DNA of 32,000 nt, from contig OZ252021.1 in the NCBI GenBank assembly GCA_965247685.1, positions 1,170,001-1,202,000 on the forward strand. Direction: 5' to 3'. This DNA comes from Bdellovibrionales bacterium (GTDB taxonomy: Bacteria > Bdellovibrionota > Bdellovibrionia > Bdellovibrionales > UBA1609). Both the position numbers and the translations under genes were made by a program. How positions within the stretch are numbered: position 1 is the stretch's first letter; each line of letters begins with the position of its first letter. This document shows positions 23,179 to 32,000 of this stretch, piece by piece. Below the pieces are notes generated by a model, which saw nothing but the letters and a program-made list of their open reading frames with translations, was not told where the DNA came from and did not search any database.

Positions 23179-25563
23179 TTAAAAACCGTGACTTCTTTTT
23201 TCATTTTGTAAAAGGTCTCGAACTCCAGGAAACTCTCGATCAATAATTTTAATCGAAAAACCTGTTCTTCCTCCCACAATACAATGAGAAAAATGTAGAA
23301 TATGTCTGTTGATCTGTTTTCTATCCCATCTAAGATAAGGAACGCCATTCCTACGCTTGACTACTAAGGAAGCTGTTTTAAGCTCTGTATCTCTTAAATG
23401 GCAACATTGAAAGGGAACATCATTACCTTTGCAGTCTTTTGCTCGATTACCCATCACATTTGGAGCAGGTGGATATATATCATCGAGTGTCGGCCCTTGA
23501 GGGTCCATACTGGAAACCCATGAAGTAAGAAGGTGATCAATATTAAAAAGCTTAAAATAAACCTCCTCTAAAATTGCTTTCGGGTGAAAATATTCCTTCT
23601 GAATAACATTCACCCAGTTTATTTGCTTTTCAGTATAGTTCAGATAAAAAGGAATTTTATAACTTCCTGTTTCAAGGAACCCTTGAGGCTTTAGAGGAGG
23701 TGGAGGAGCCCGAAGATGTTGTATGTATTCTGGACCCAGATCATCTGCAAAAAGGGGAGAAGGAGAATTCCTAATTTTGTTTAAAAACTCCTCATCTGCA
23801 TAATGACCAATATCTGCTGGAACATAGTTAAATATATAATCACCTCGATTATTTTTACTTTCCATAAGACGAATATAGGCACTCACCATATAGTTAGGCA
23901 AAATCGCATAATGGTTCAAATCATACTCATCTGGAGCTATCGCTATCTCCTCTAAAACACGAGCAGGCAAAGTAAAGATTTTATCTTTCTTCAGTACATA
24001 ATTATTAGAAGAACCATCCTCGTAAGGTAAGACCATAGCAGAGGTAGAATTATTGTTATTAACATCATGGAGCCCATGGAGCTGTTGATAGTTTTGTAAA
24101 CTTAAGCCTGCATCTTTTGCTCCTCCATTTACATTGACTATTTTTCGAATCAGCTTATTAAAATAATACTGTCTTTGACCATCTAGTAAACCATAGTTAT
24201 CGTCATCTCTCTCAAAACTAAGCGAATAAACAGGGTATCTAGATGTTGGTGGTATAGTAGGTAATAGTGCATTTTTATATGGACCAAATGATGATCCAAA
24301 AGGCTTAGAGTAAGCTTCTGCTACCAAGGAAATAGGCTCCCTAAAAGGAAAAAATATCGCACTCTTGTAATTAATATGTAAAAAGATTTGGATGTAAAAA
24401 AAATTCTGTGTATTTTGCTTTTTCATAAAACCAACCACTACTGGTTCATTCTTGATTGTCTTTAAGCCATCACATATATTGCTATTACTATTATCAGTAT
24501 GCCTTTGAATCAGATTGCAACTTGTACCTGGAATACAATTCTGAGCTTCACAAATTTCAAAAATAGTTTTGATCTCTCTTTCACAAGCACTTTGGGAATT
24601 GTTTCTCCCTCTATCTTGAACATAGAACAAATCGAGATCAGGGGGGTTAATTGTTATCCATTCAAAATATTCATCAAAATTTCCCTCATTAGAGGTCTTT
24701 GTATAAATTATTCCATTTCTACTCCTATAACTCTCATACACAGGATAAGTGAAATTCTTAGTAATTGTATTCTTCACTCCCACATCAATATAAGCCCCTC
24801 CAAGCTCTCTTTTTTTGCTAATAATTTCATTAAAATATTTTTTGATAAATTCCTTTCTTTTTTTCTGCTCTTCGTAAAAACTTAAATATGTTGTAGAAGC
24901 TACCATCCAGTTCACGTAACCTGAATACCTACAGGAATCTCTTATACTACTTATCCTGTTGCTGACTTCTGCATTCGCAAAACGAGCTCCGTAAGTACTA
25001 CCACCAGCTAGTGGAGGAAGATCGTATGGCTGATCAACCCTCTGGCAAACATTGTCACTACCGTTTTTGCCTGGAATATCAAAATAAGGATGCCATACAC
25101 AAAATGCGAAAGGGCAACCACTTTGACGACTGTGACCTTGATGACAGTCTGTTATGGGACGAGGTGTGCGTCCTCCCGTAGAACATCCATTAAGAGTGTT
25201 TGGACACACAGTTTTATTCTTAAATGAAGGAACGGACCTTGATAGAACTCCATCAATCAGATCCATGTTTTGAGTAGCGCCCCCTGGATTTTGATAAGCT
25301 CCTATATTTCCTAAAACATTGTATCGATATGAAAAAAGCTTGTAGTTTTGTCTTAACTGATAATTCAAATGAGATAAAACACTGAGAGTCTCAGCTTGTC
25401 TTTGAGCCGCATACATGGCACCAATATCTACAGAATTTTGAACATTGATTTTATGGTGAACCATAAGACCAACTCCCATCACCATTCCAAAAATGGTCAG
25501 AGAACCTAGAATAAATAATATACCAAAAATAGAGAGAAGACCTTTAGAACGAGTTATTTTCAT
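23179..25563 (-). CDS. Large membrane-anchored Cys-rich protein with a TadE/TadG-like N-terminal segment (794 aa)
   Basis: The N-terminus KGLLSIFGILFILGSLTIFGMVMGVGLMVHHKINVQNSVDIGAMYAAQ fits the Flp-pilus TadG-like N-terminal pattern: a hydrophobic helix, then xVDxG...LQNAxDxAAxAA. I do not recognise the rest. Confidence 0.8.
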   Translation of the reverse strand: MKITRSKGLLSIFGILFILGSLTIFGMVMGVGLMVHHKINVQNSVDIGAMYAAQRQAETLSVLSHLNYQLRQNYKLFSYRYNVLGNIGAYQNPGGATQNMDLIDGVLSRSVPSFKNKTVCPNTLNGCSTGGRTPRPITDCHQGHSRQSGCPFAFCVWHPYFDIPGKNGSDNVCQRVDQPYDLPPLAGGSTYGARFANAEVSNRISSIRDSCRYSGYVNWMVASTTYLSFYEEQKKRKEFIKKYFNEIISKKRELGGAYIDVGVKNTITKNFTYPVYESYRSRNGIIYTKTSNEGNFDEYFEWITINPPDLDLFYVQDRGRNNSQSACEREIKTIFEICEAQNCIPGTSCNLIQRHTDNSNSNICDGLKTIKNEPVVVGFMKKQNTQNFFYIQIFLHINYKSAIFFPFREPISLVAEAYSKPFGSSFGPYKNALLPTIPPTSRYPVYSLSFERDDDNYGLLDGQRQYYFNKLIRKIVNVNGGAKDAGLSLQNYQQLHGLHDVNNNNSTSAMVLPYEDGSSNNYVLKKDKIFTLPARVLEEIAIAPDEYDLNHYAILPNYMVSAYIRLMESKNNRGDYIFNYVPADIGHYADEEFLNKIRNSPSPLFADDLGPEYIQHLRAPPPPLKPQGFLETGSYKIPFYLNYTEKQINWVNVIQKEYFHPKAILEEVYFKLFNIDHLLTSWVSSMDPQGPTLDDIYPPAPNVMGNRAKDCKGNDVPFQCCHLRDTELKTASLVVKRRNGVPYLRWDRKQINRHILHFSHCIVGGRTGFSIKIIDREFPGVRDLLQNEKRSHGF

Positions 25564-25644
25564 TTTTTACCTTTTTTTTTCTTAAAAAAAATACTTAATA
25601 AAATGCTATAATATATTGATTTTATTAAAATATTTTAGATATAT

Positions 25645-26040
25645 TTATTGATTTTTAACACTGGAAATAAGTTGAGAAACTCTCTCAATAAGAACATCTA
25701 CTTCTTCTGATAAATTCTTTTGAGAATCCATTTTTTGCTCTACATTCTTAAATTGTTTCGATAAACTCTTCAACGCTTGCTTGGCCCCTCGAATGGAGTA
25801 ACCATCTTCATAGAGAAGTTTCATAATAAGGAAAAGAATTTTAACATCTTTATGAAGGTAAAGTCTTTGCTTATTATCAAGTTTTTTAGGTTTTAATTGA
25901 TCGAACTCAGACTCCCAGTATCTTAAGATATAAGGCTTAATAGAAAGCATTTGAGCCACTTCTCCAATGCGAAAGGAATACTTTTGGGGGATACTCTTCA
26001 GTCGTTCCTGCATCCATTTTTCTGTAGAAATAGTTTCCAT
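25645..26040 (-). CDS. MerR-family transcriptional regulator
   Basis: FRIGEVAQMLSIKPYILRYWESEF...RLYLHKDVKILFLIMKLLYEDGYSIRGAKQAL. It lies downstream of ihfA, as in many proteobacterial pheST-ihfA-merR clusters. Confidence 0.85.
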   Translation of the reverse strand: METISTEKWMQERLKSIPQKYSFRIGEVAQMLSIKPYILRYWESEFDQLKPKKLDNKQRLYLHKDVKILFLIMKLLYEDGYSIRGAKQALKSLSKQFKNVEQKMDSQKNLSEEVDVLIERVSQLISSVKNQ

Positions 26041-26055
26041 CTTTATTTTTAATCC

Positions 26056-26367
26056 TTACTGAACTTTATTTTTTAAAAATACACTTGGACGAAAAGTCAC
26101 GACTCTTCTTGAAGAAATAATAATATTATCTCCTGTTGTGGGATTTCTGCCAATTCGCTCCCTTTTGTCTCTCAACACAAAATGACCAAAACTGGAAATC
26201 TTAACATTACTATTATTTGCCAACTGATCTTTAATAGCACCAAAGCAAAAATCTACAAGTTGTGCTGAAAATTTTTTGGAGTAACCAATATTATTATAGA
26301 CTGATAAGACAATATCGACTTTAGTATGCGTGCCATTTTGATTAACGTACTTCGGCTTATTACTCAT
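26056..26367 (-). CDS. ihfA: Integration host factor alpha / HU-family DNA-binding protein
   Basis: FGHFVLRDKRERIGRNPTTGDNIIISSRRVVTFRPS is the IHF/HU arm. Its position directly after pheT supports ihfA. Confidence 0.8.
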   Translation of the reverse strand: MSNKPKYVNQNGTHTKVDIVLSVYNNIGYSKKFSAQLVDFCFGAIKDQLANNSNVKISSFGHFVLRDKRERIGRNPTTGDNIIISSRRVVTFRPSVFLKNKVQ

Positions 26368-26481
26368 TTCTCACAATCCTTATTTCACTATGTAAAGGCT
26401 AAAATATCAAAAGACAAGAATATTTTTTATTAAAATCATTATTTATTGAGGCAGAAGTTTATTATATAACTCTTTTTCTAG

Positions 26482-28977
26482 TTATTTTTCACGATATTTA
26501 ACAGGATACTTTTTAAACACCGGTTCAGTAATTTGACTTTGACAGCGGTTAATTTGCTTTTCTGAAAGAGTTTTCTCTATGCCTTGTAAGAGCAATCTAA
26601 AGGAAACAGATCGATATCCTTGCTCCAGCTCTTTGCCCTCATAATAATCTAAAACAGATATTTTCTTACATAATGATGGTGCATTTTTCTGCATAAAATA
26701 CAAAATATCCCCTATTTTTTGATCATGAGGAATTAATAAAGATAAATCTCGAGAGACTACAGGCAATACAGGAGGAGTTTGAAATCGAAAAGGCTGTGAA
26801 GATAAACTCAATAAATCAGATAAATTGATTTCGGAGCAGACGACTTCTTCTTTGATTTTATACTTCTCCTCCCACTCAACATTTAAGGCTCCAATAAACC
26901 CAATATTTTGACCATTCACCTGAATAGAAAGGTTTTGATGGGCATCTATAAAAGGATAAACTGCATTCCAACTTCCCCACTCAGCACGATAACCCAAATT
27001 TTTTAAAATAGCCTCTATAGAAGATTTGAGATCAAAAAATAAAGAATGAGGTTTTAAAGTATTCCAGATATTTTTGGGTTTACCCCAAAACATAAAAGAA
27101 AGGTACTGTTGCTCTTTGAAAGAATTTCCTTCTTTGAAAAAGGTGACTCCCTGTTCAAACAAACGGCCTAGAGATTCTCCATGTCTCATGTTTAATACTG
27201 CGTTGTTGAATAGTCCAGGAATAAGACTCTGCCTTAACACATTCGCATCTGAAGTGAGAGGATTTTGAATTTGAACCAAAGAATCTTTTGTCGAATCTTG
27301 TTTGTTTAAAAATGAGTTTTGAAACTCTTGGTTTAGGAAATTATAGTTGATGGCCTGATAGCAGCCTGATCTTTGTGCTAAATTTTTCACCTTTTCCAAC
27401 ATTCCTAATATTTTTTCTTGTTTTAATGGAATGGATGACAGTGAAGGCAGTCTTTCAGGGACTTTGTCATAGCTCTTGATTCGAGCCCATTCTTCCACTA
27501 AATCTTCTTTGATGCACAAATCCCTCCTATAGAATGGAGGCTCCACTTCCAAATAAGAAGATCTTTTTTTGACTTGATTATTCATTTTTTCCATACCATC
27601 TAAAAACTCTGAAGAAGAGACTGCATAGCCTAATCTTTCCTCTAAATAGTGACTTGTAATAGAAATCTTTTTTGAAGAAGAGGATGAAGAACCTGCTTCA
27701 AAGTGAGGAGTTAAAGTTTGCCCACCTGCAAGCTGCTCCATTAATGAGCAGGCTCTTTGAAGAGCGAATAAACTATTCTCACAAAATGCACCTCTAGAAA
27801 AATAAAATGCAGCTGTTGTTTGAAGATTTAATTTTCGGGCTGTAAGACGTACTGAATAAGGATTAAAAACGGCGGATTCAATAAAAATATTTTTTGTTTG
27901 AGTCGAAACAGAGCTGAGCTTTCCACCTATGACTCCTGCAATAGCCAAAGGGCGCTGACTATCATAAATCATTAACTCATCTCCTTGAAGTTGAATCTTT
28001 TCATCACTTAAAGTTAAAATGGAATCTTTAGGGTTCCCTTTTTGAACATGAATATCACCAGAAATCTGTTCCCTATCAAAAGCATGAAGAGGCTGCCCCC
28101 ATTCCAATAAAACCCAAGCAGTCACATCCACAACATTATTGATAGATGAAATACCTAAAGATTCTAATCTATTTTTGAGCCAAAATGGAGACTCTGCAAT
28201 TTGAACATTTTCGACAATCTGACCTGCGTAATAAGGACAAAATTTAGAATCTTGAATATGAATTTTTAAAGATTCTTTGTGAGAAGCAGTCAAAGGAGAA
28301 TGAATTTTTTGAGGAATAAAATTCGTTTTTTTAGATTTCAAAATTTTTTTAGAAGGCCATTTCCATTTTTGAAGAGCATAAGAAAATTGTTTCGGATGAA
28401 ATAACCCTTCAATACACATAGGCTGTTCCATGAATAAAGAAAGTTCACGAGCTAGACCTACATGCCCTAAAAGATCAGGGCGGTTAGGAGGAATTGTAAT
28501 ATCTAATATCACGTCTCGAATATTAAGATACTCATCGACCCTCTCTCCTAAAGGTGCGTCTTGTGGCAAGATCAAAATACCTTCACTTTCTGAAGATAGT
28601 TCTAATTCAGAACTGGAAGCAAGCATTCCTTGACTCACTTCTCCCCTCAGTTTTTGTTTCTTAATTTTTAAACCTGACGGAAGTGTAGAGCCTTCCAAAC
28701 AAACAGCTACATTGTCCCCTTCTTTTTGATTATTCGCTCCGCAGACAATAGATAAATTTTCAGAAGAACTCACTTGAACATGACATATCTTTAATCGATC
28801 CGCTTGAGGGTGAGATTGCTGTTTGAGAATTTTTCCGATCACAATATGATCCAGTTTTTCTTCATGAAAAGACTCAACTTCAATTCCTTTTTGATTCAAA
28901 AGATCAATAATAGGTTGAGGTTGAATCCATTCTGGTAAGACTGTGAGTTCACTCAACCACCGCAAAGAATACTTCAT
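26482..28977 (-). CDS. pheT: Phenylalanine--tRNA ligase beta subunit
   Basis: 831 aa. N-terminus MKYSLRWLSE..., tRNA-binding domain (HPQADRLKICHV). 4-nt overlap with pheS. Confidence 0.95.
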   Translation of the reverse strand: MKYSLRWLSELTVLPEWIQPQPIIDLLNQKGIEVESFHEEKLDHIVIGKILKQQSHPQADRLKICHVQVSSSENLSIVCGANNQKEGDNVAVCLEGSTLPSGLKIKKQKLRGEVSQGMLASSSELELSSESEGILILPQDAPLGERVDEYLNIRDVILDITIPPNRPDLLGHVGLARELSLFMEQPMCIEGLFHPKQFSYALQKWKWPSKKILKSKKTNFIPQKIHSPLTASHKESLKIHIQDSKFCPYYAGQIVENVQIAESPFWLKNRLESLGISSINNVVDVTAWVLLEWGQPLHAFDREQISGDIHVQKGNPKDSILTLSDEKIQLQGDELMIYDSQRPLAIAGVIGGKLSSVSTQTKNIFIESAVFNPYSVRLTARKLNLQTTAAFYFSRGAFCENSLFALQRACSLMEQLAGGQTLTPHFEAGSSSSSSKKISITSHYLEERLGYAVSSSEFLDGMEKMNNQVKKRSSYLEVEPPFYRRDLCIKEDLVEEWARIKSYDKVPERLPSLSSIPLKQEKILGMLEKVKNLAQRSGCYQAINYNFLNQEFQNSFLNKQDSTKDSLVQIQNPLTSDANVLRQSLIPGLFNNAVLNMRHGESLGRLFEQGVTFFKEGNSFKEQQYLSFMFWGKPKNIWNTLKPHSLFFDLKSSIEAILKNLGYRAEWGSWNAVYPFIDAHQNLSIQVNGQNIGFIGALNVEWEEKYKIKEEVVCSEINLSDLLSLSSQPFRFQTPPVLPVVSRDLSLLIPHDQKIGDILYFMQKNAPSLCKKISVLDYYEGKELEQGYRSVSFRLLLQGIEKTLSEKQINRCQSQITEPVFKKYPVKYREK

Positions 28978-30011
28978 ATCTTTTCACTCTCAAATTGAGA
29001 TAAAAAATCTAATCTATTTTCATAAAGAAAACGTATGTCTGGAATGCCATGTTCTAAAAGAGCTAGTCGATCGATACCCATACCAAATGCAAAGCCTTGC
29101 CACTGATTTGAATCTATATGGCTCAATTTAAAAACTTCAGGATGCACGAGACCACAACCTCCCATTTCAATCCATGTACTTTGCTTACAAAGAGAACAGC
29201 CTTTTTCATGACATATAAAACAAGAGCTGTCGTATTCTGCAGAAGGTTCTGTAAATGGGAAAAAACTAGGGCGAAACCGAATGCGAGCTTGAGAGCCTTG
29301 CAGTTCCTTTAAAAAATACGAGAGAGTTCCCTTGAGATCACTCATAGAAACTTTTCGATCAACAAATAGCCCTTCTATTTGATAAAACTGAGGAGAGTGA
29401 GAAGAGTCCGCTTGATCTCTTCGAAAAACAGGCCCAGGTGCTATGATAGCTAAAGGGGGCTTATAAAGCTCTAATGCACGAATTTGAACAGGGCTTGTGT
29501 GAGTGCGCAGTAAATGATTGGAATCCACATAAAAAGTATCTTGATTATCACGAACAACATGTTCTTTTGGAATATTTAAAGCTGAAAAGTTATACCAATC
29601 GGACTCTATCAAAGGTCCAGATACAGTTGTGTAACCTAGACGATTAAAAATTCGAACAGTTTTTTGAATCATTTGTTCTATGGGATGAAGAGCTCCTAGA
29701 TTTTTATCCCAACCCGGTAAAGTAATATCTAAAGTACTACTTGATATTTTACTTTTAAGTTGTTTTAGATTCTTATTTTTTAATTCATATTTTTTTTCAA
29801 TATCCTCTTTAAGCTGATTCACAAGTTTTCCTTGCAAAGGTCTTTCTTCTTGAGGGAGATCTTTAATTTCCTTCAGCAAAGACGTGACTTGTCCATTTTT
29901 TCCTAAGTAGCGAACTTTAACTTGATACAACTCAGAGCTGTCTTGAACTTGTTCAATGGATCTGAAGGCTTCCTTCAGAAGGTTTTGAGCTTTTGAGCGA
30001 AGTGTGGACAA
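28974..30011 (-). CDS. pheS: Phenylalanine--tRNA ligase alpha subunit
   Basis: HPIEQM..., LLRTHTSPVQIR, FRPSFFPFTEPSAE, GCGLVHPEV, GFAFGMGIDRLA. Confidence 0.95.
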   Translation of the reverse strand: MSTLRSKAQNLLKEAFRSIEQVQDSSELYQVKVRYLGKNGQVTSLLKEIKDLPQEERPLQGKLVNQLKEDIEKKYELKNKNLKQLKSKISSSTLDITLPGWDKNLGALHPIEQMIQKTVRIFNRLGYTTVSGPLIESDWYNFSALNIPKEHVVRDNQDTFYVDSNHLLRTHTSPVQIRALELYKPPLAIIAPGPVFRRDQADSSHSPQFYQIEGLFVDRKVSMSDLKGTLSYFLKELQGSQARIRFRPSFFPFTEPSAEYDSSCFICHEKGCSLCKQSTWIEMGGCGLVHPEVFKLSHIDSNQWQGFAFGMGIDRLALLEHGIPDIRFLYENRLDFLSQFESEKI

Positions 30012-30131
30012 TATGATCTACCTTTTTAGAAACTCGTATAGATATTTTAAAAAACATTTTCTATAAAATAGCAAGTAGCTTTTTACGAGAGTTTTACTTT
30101 AGGTGCCAATATAATCAAATTAAGAAAATTT

Positions 30132-31988
30132 CTAGAACAACCAATAAGTACTCTTATAAAAAACCATACTCACAATGTAAGCTAATGCGTTCAGGACAAA
30201 TAATTGAAGTAAGGCGAAGGTTGTAGACCCTGTTTCTCTTCGAACAATAGCCGTAGTGGATAAACATTGAAGAGAGATCATAAAAAATAATATCAAAGAA
30301 ATAACACTAGCTGGTGTAAATACAGGATCTCCCCTTTTATTCTGAGCCTGCCTCATCTTCTTAAGCAAAGAATACTGAAAAGAACCCTCGTCTTCTTCTT
30401 GTGTCATTTGAAATAAGGAAGCAAGAGTAGAAACAAACACCTCTCTTGCTACAAAGGCTGACAGCAGACCTATACCAACTCTCCAGTCCCCTCCAATCTG
30501 CTCCACAACAGGTTCAATGACTTTTCCAAACTGACCCGCATAGCTATTTTCTATTTGTTCTTTTTCCACTCCACTTTCATGACGAGGAAAGTTGAGAGCA
30601 CACCAAGTCACTAGAGCAAAAACAAAAATTAAAGGACCCGCTCCTTTTACATAGGATTTTGTTTTTCTCCATGCTGAAGAAAGCACGCCTAAAAAAAGAG
30701 GGCGACGATAAATGGAAAGCTCCATTACAAAAGGAGGTTTTTGATGATGAGAAGGGACAATCCAGTGGATCACGGCAGCTCCTATACAAGCTAAAACCAT
30801 AGAAGCAATGTAGATGACTCCCAGCCATGCTCCAGCCTTCCATGGAGATTCACCATAGAAAAATAAACTGAGGAGCAAGGAATAAACAGGAAGACGAGCC
30901 GAACAAGTTAAAAGAGGAATCACAGCAATAACAGCCCATCTTTCCCATCGGGAAGAAATATTACGGGCGGCTAAACAAGCTGGAATAGCGCATGCATAGC
31001 CTGCTAAGAAAGGAATAAAAGATCTTCCACTTAATCCTATCTTAGAAAATAAGGCATCCACTAAAGAAGCTGCACGAGATAAGTAACCGCTATCCTCTAA
31101 GATACAAATTCCTGCAAATAAGATAAAAATTTGAGGTACAAAAACAAGAACAGCAGCAAAACTGGTGACAACACCTTGCGAAAGAAAATCAACCCATAAG
31201 GAAGGACCCAGTGTTTGGATACGTTCGGATAAGAAAGAAAAACTCACATCAACAATATTCATTAAGGGAGCTGCCAACCAGAAAATAGATGAAAATAAGG
31301 TCATCATAATCACTCCAAAACTCAACACACCTATGATAGGGTGAAGTAAGAAACGATCCACTTTTTGCGTCCATTTTTGCTTAGAAATCTCAAGAGAAAA
31401 AAACTTTTTTACAATTTCATCTGTTTTTCTAAAAAAATCATCTTGTAAAGCAGAGATTTTTTCTAAATTGAATGAAAGAGGATGAAACTCCTTATTCATC
31501 TTTTCTTGAACTTGTCGAGTCAGCTCTAAAACACCTTGTCCTAATTTCCCTTCTATAGGGCAAACTACTAGATCGATCTCTTGAGATAAAGCCTGAATAT
31601 GAGGTCTCTTGGATGCGGGAATGAGATCCATCATTGTCAGAGCAATGATCACTTGAAATCCTGCTTCTTTAAGCTGCAAAGCAAGTGGCAGTTGACGATG
31701 GACTCGCAACGCATCCACAGTGACAACAATAACAGAGGAAGGATTTTCAAATAAAATGCGAGAAGAGATTTCTTCACTGGGTGTTTTTGGAAATAAACTA
31801 TAAATGCCAGGAGTGTCGATCACTTCACTTTCTAAATTATATGAGCGAAGCAGTCTGCCTTTGAGGTAGTCCACAGTCGAGCCAGAATAATTCATCACAC
31901 GAGCTTTGTAGCCTGTAAGCCAATTAAACAAAGTGGTTTTACCACTATTAGGAGGCCCAATAAGAATAATATTATTTGAAGAGGGCAT
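30132..31988 (-). CDS. feoB: Ferrous iron transporter FeoB
   Basis: N-terminal G-domain IILIGPPNSGKTTLFNWLTG...VIDTPGIYSL, followed by a polytopic membrane domain. 618 aa. Confidence 0.9.
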   Translation of the reverse strand: MPSSNNIILIGPPNSGKTTLFNWLTGYKARVMNYSGSTVDYLKGRLLRSYNLESEVIDTPGIYSLFPKTPSEEISSRILFENPSSVIVVTVDALRVHRQLPLALQLKEAGFQVIIALTMMDLIPASKRPHIQALSQEIDLVVCPIEGKLGQGVLELTRQVQEKMNKEFHPLSFNLEKISALQDDFFRKTDEIVKKFFSLEISKQKWTQKVDRFLLHPIIGVLSFGVIMMTLFSSIFWLAAPLMNIVDVSFSFLSERIQTLGPSLWVDFLSQGVVTSFAAVLVFVPQIFILFAGICILEDSGYLSRAASLVDALFSKIGLSGRSFIPFLAGYACAIPACLAARNISSRWERWAVIAVIPLLTCSARLPVYSLLLSLFFYGESPWKAGAWLGVIYIASMVLACIGAAVIHWIVPSHHQKPPFVMELSIYRRPLFLGVLSSAWRKTKSYVKGAGPLIFVFALVTWCALNFPRHESGVEKEQIENSYAGQFGKVIEPVVEQIGGDWRVGIGLLSAFVAREVFVSTLASLFQMTQEEDEGSFQYSLLKKMRQAQNKRGDPVFTPASVISLILFFMISLQCLSTTAIVRRETGSTTFALLQLFVLNALAYIVSMVFYKSTYWLF

Positions 31989-32000
31989 TCTCTAAGTGAA

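Noticed and set aside
24499-24885. 128-aa plus-strand ORF
   Set aside because: It is antisense to the 794-aa ORF, has no SD and is Ile/Phe/Ser-rich. It is a shadow ORF in AT-rich DNA.
27074-30843. Short ORFs inside pheT/pheS/feoB (27074..27268, 28430..28633, 28943..29131, 29118..29312, 30577..30843)
   Set aside because: They are embedded in conserved housekeeping genes and have no independent support.

Overview
This is a low-GC bacterial chromosomal segment, read by eye only; no searches were run. The pheST-ihfA-merR synteny, the secreted proteases and a TadG-like protein are compatible with a Bdellovibrionota/Oligoflexia-type organism, but that is a guess.

Layout:
- (a) 1-8079 is an AT-rich accessory region with long intergenic spacers.
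- (b) 8080-21731 is the S10-spc-alpha ribosomal supercluster on the minus strand (rpsJ to rplQ, including secY, adk, rpmJ, rpoA), followed directly by a TlpA-like thioredoxin.
- (c) 21978-25563 holds three secreted or membrane proteins: a Cys-rich acidic peptide, an LRR-like protein and a 794-aa TadG-like protein.
- (d) 25645-31988 is a housekeeping block on the minus strand: merR-like, ihfA, pheT, pheS, feoB.

I see no integrase, transposase, CRISPR array, tRNA or rRNA, and no recognisable enzymatic defence system.

The structures the ordinary gene calls do not explain are all in the accessory region or in the ribosomal cluster:
1. A tandem array of small single-pass membrane proteins (6652-8046). 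Their tails are built from 21-bp (heptad) E/R/K repeats. Two upstream members carry in-frame stops, and one member is a chimera with a glycine-rich membrane domain.
2. An inverted duplication of about 0.6 kb (635-1231 and 3461-4053). It carries a secreted-protein gene and brackets a protease / small HTH / lipoprotein cassette.
3. An upstream module of about 110 bp present three times. The third copy is fused directly to the ATG of a YHS lipoprotein with no Shine-Dalgarno (SD) sequence.
4. A DNA methyltransferase stump that keeps a near-consensus promoter.
5. A ribosomal supercluster with no room for rplX, rpsN, map, infA or rpsD.
6. An RpoA with a repeat-containing C-terminal extension.

The best candidate for something undescribed is the small-protein array, with the inverted-repeat cassette second. 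All functional interpretations of these are inference.
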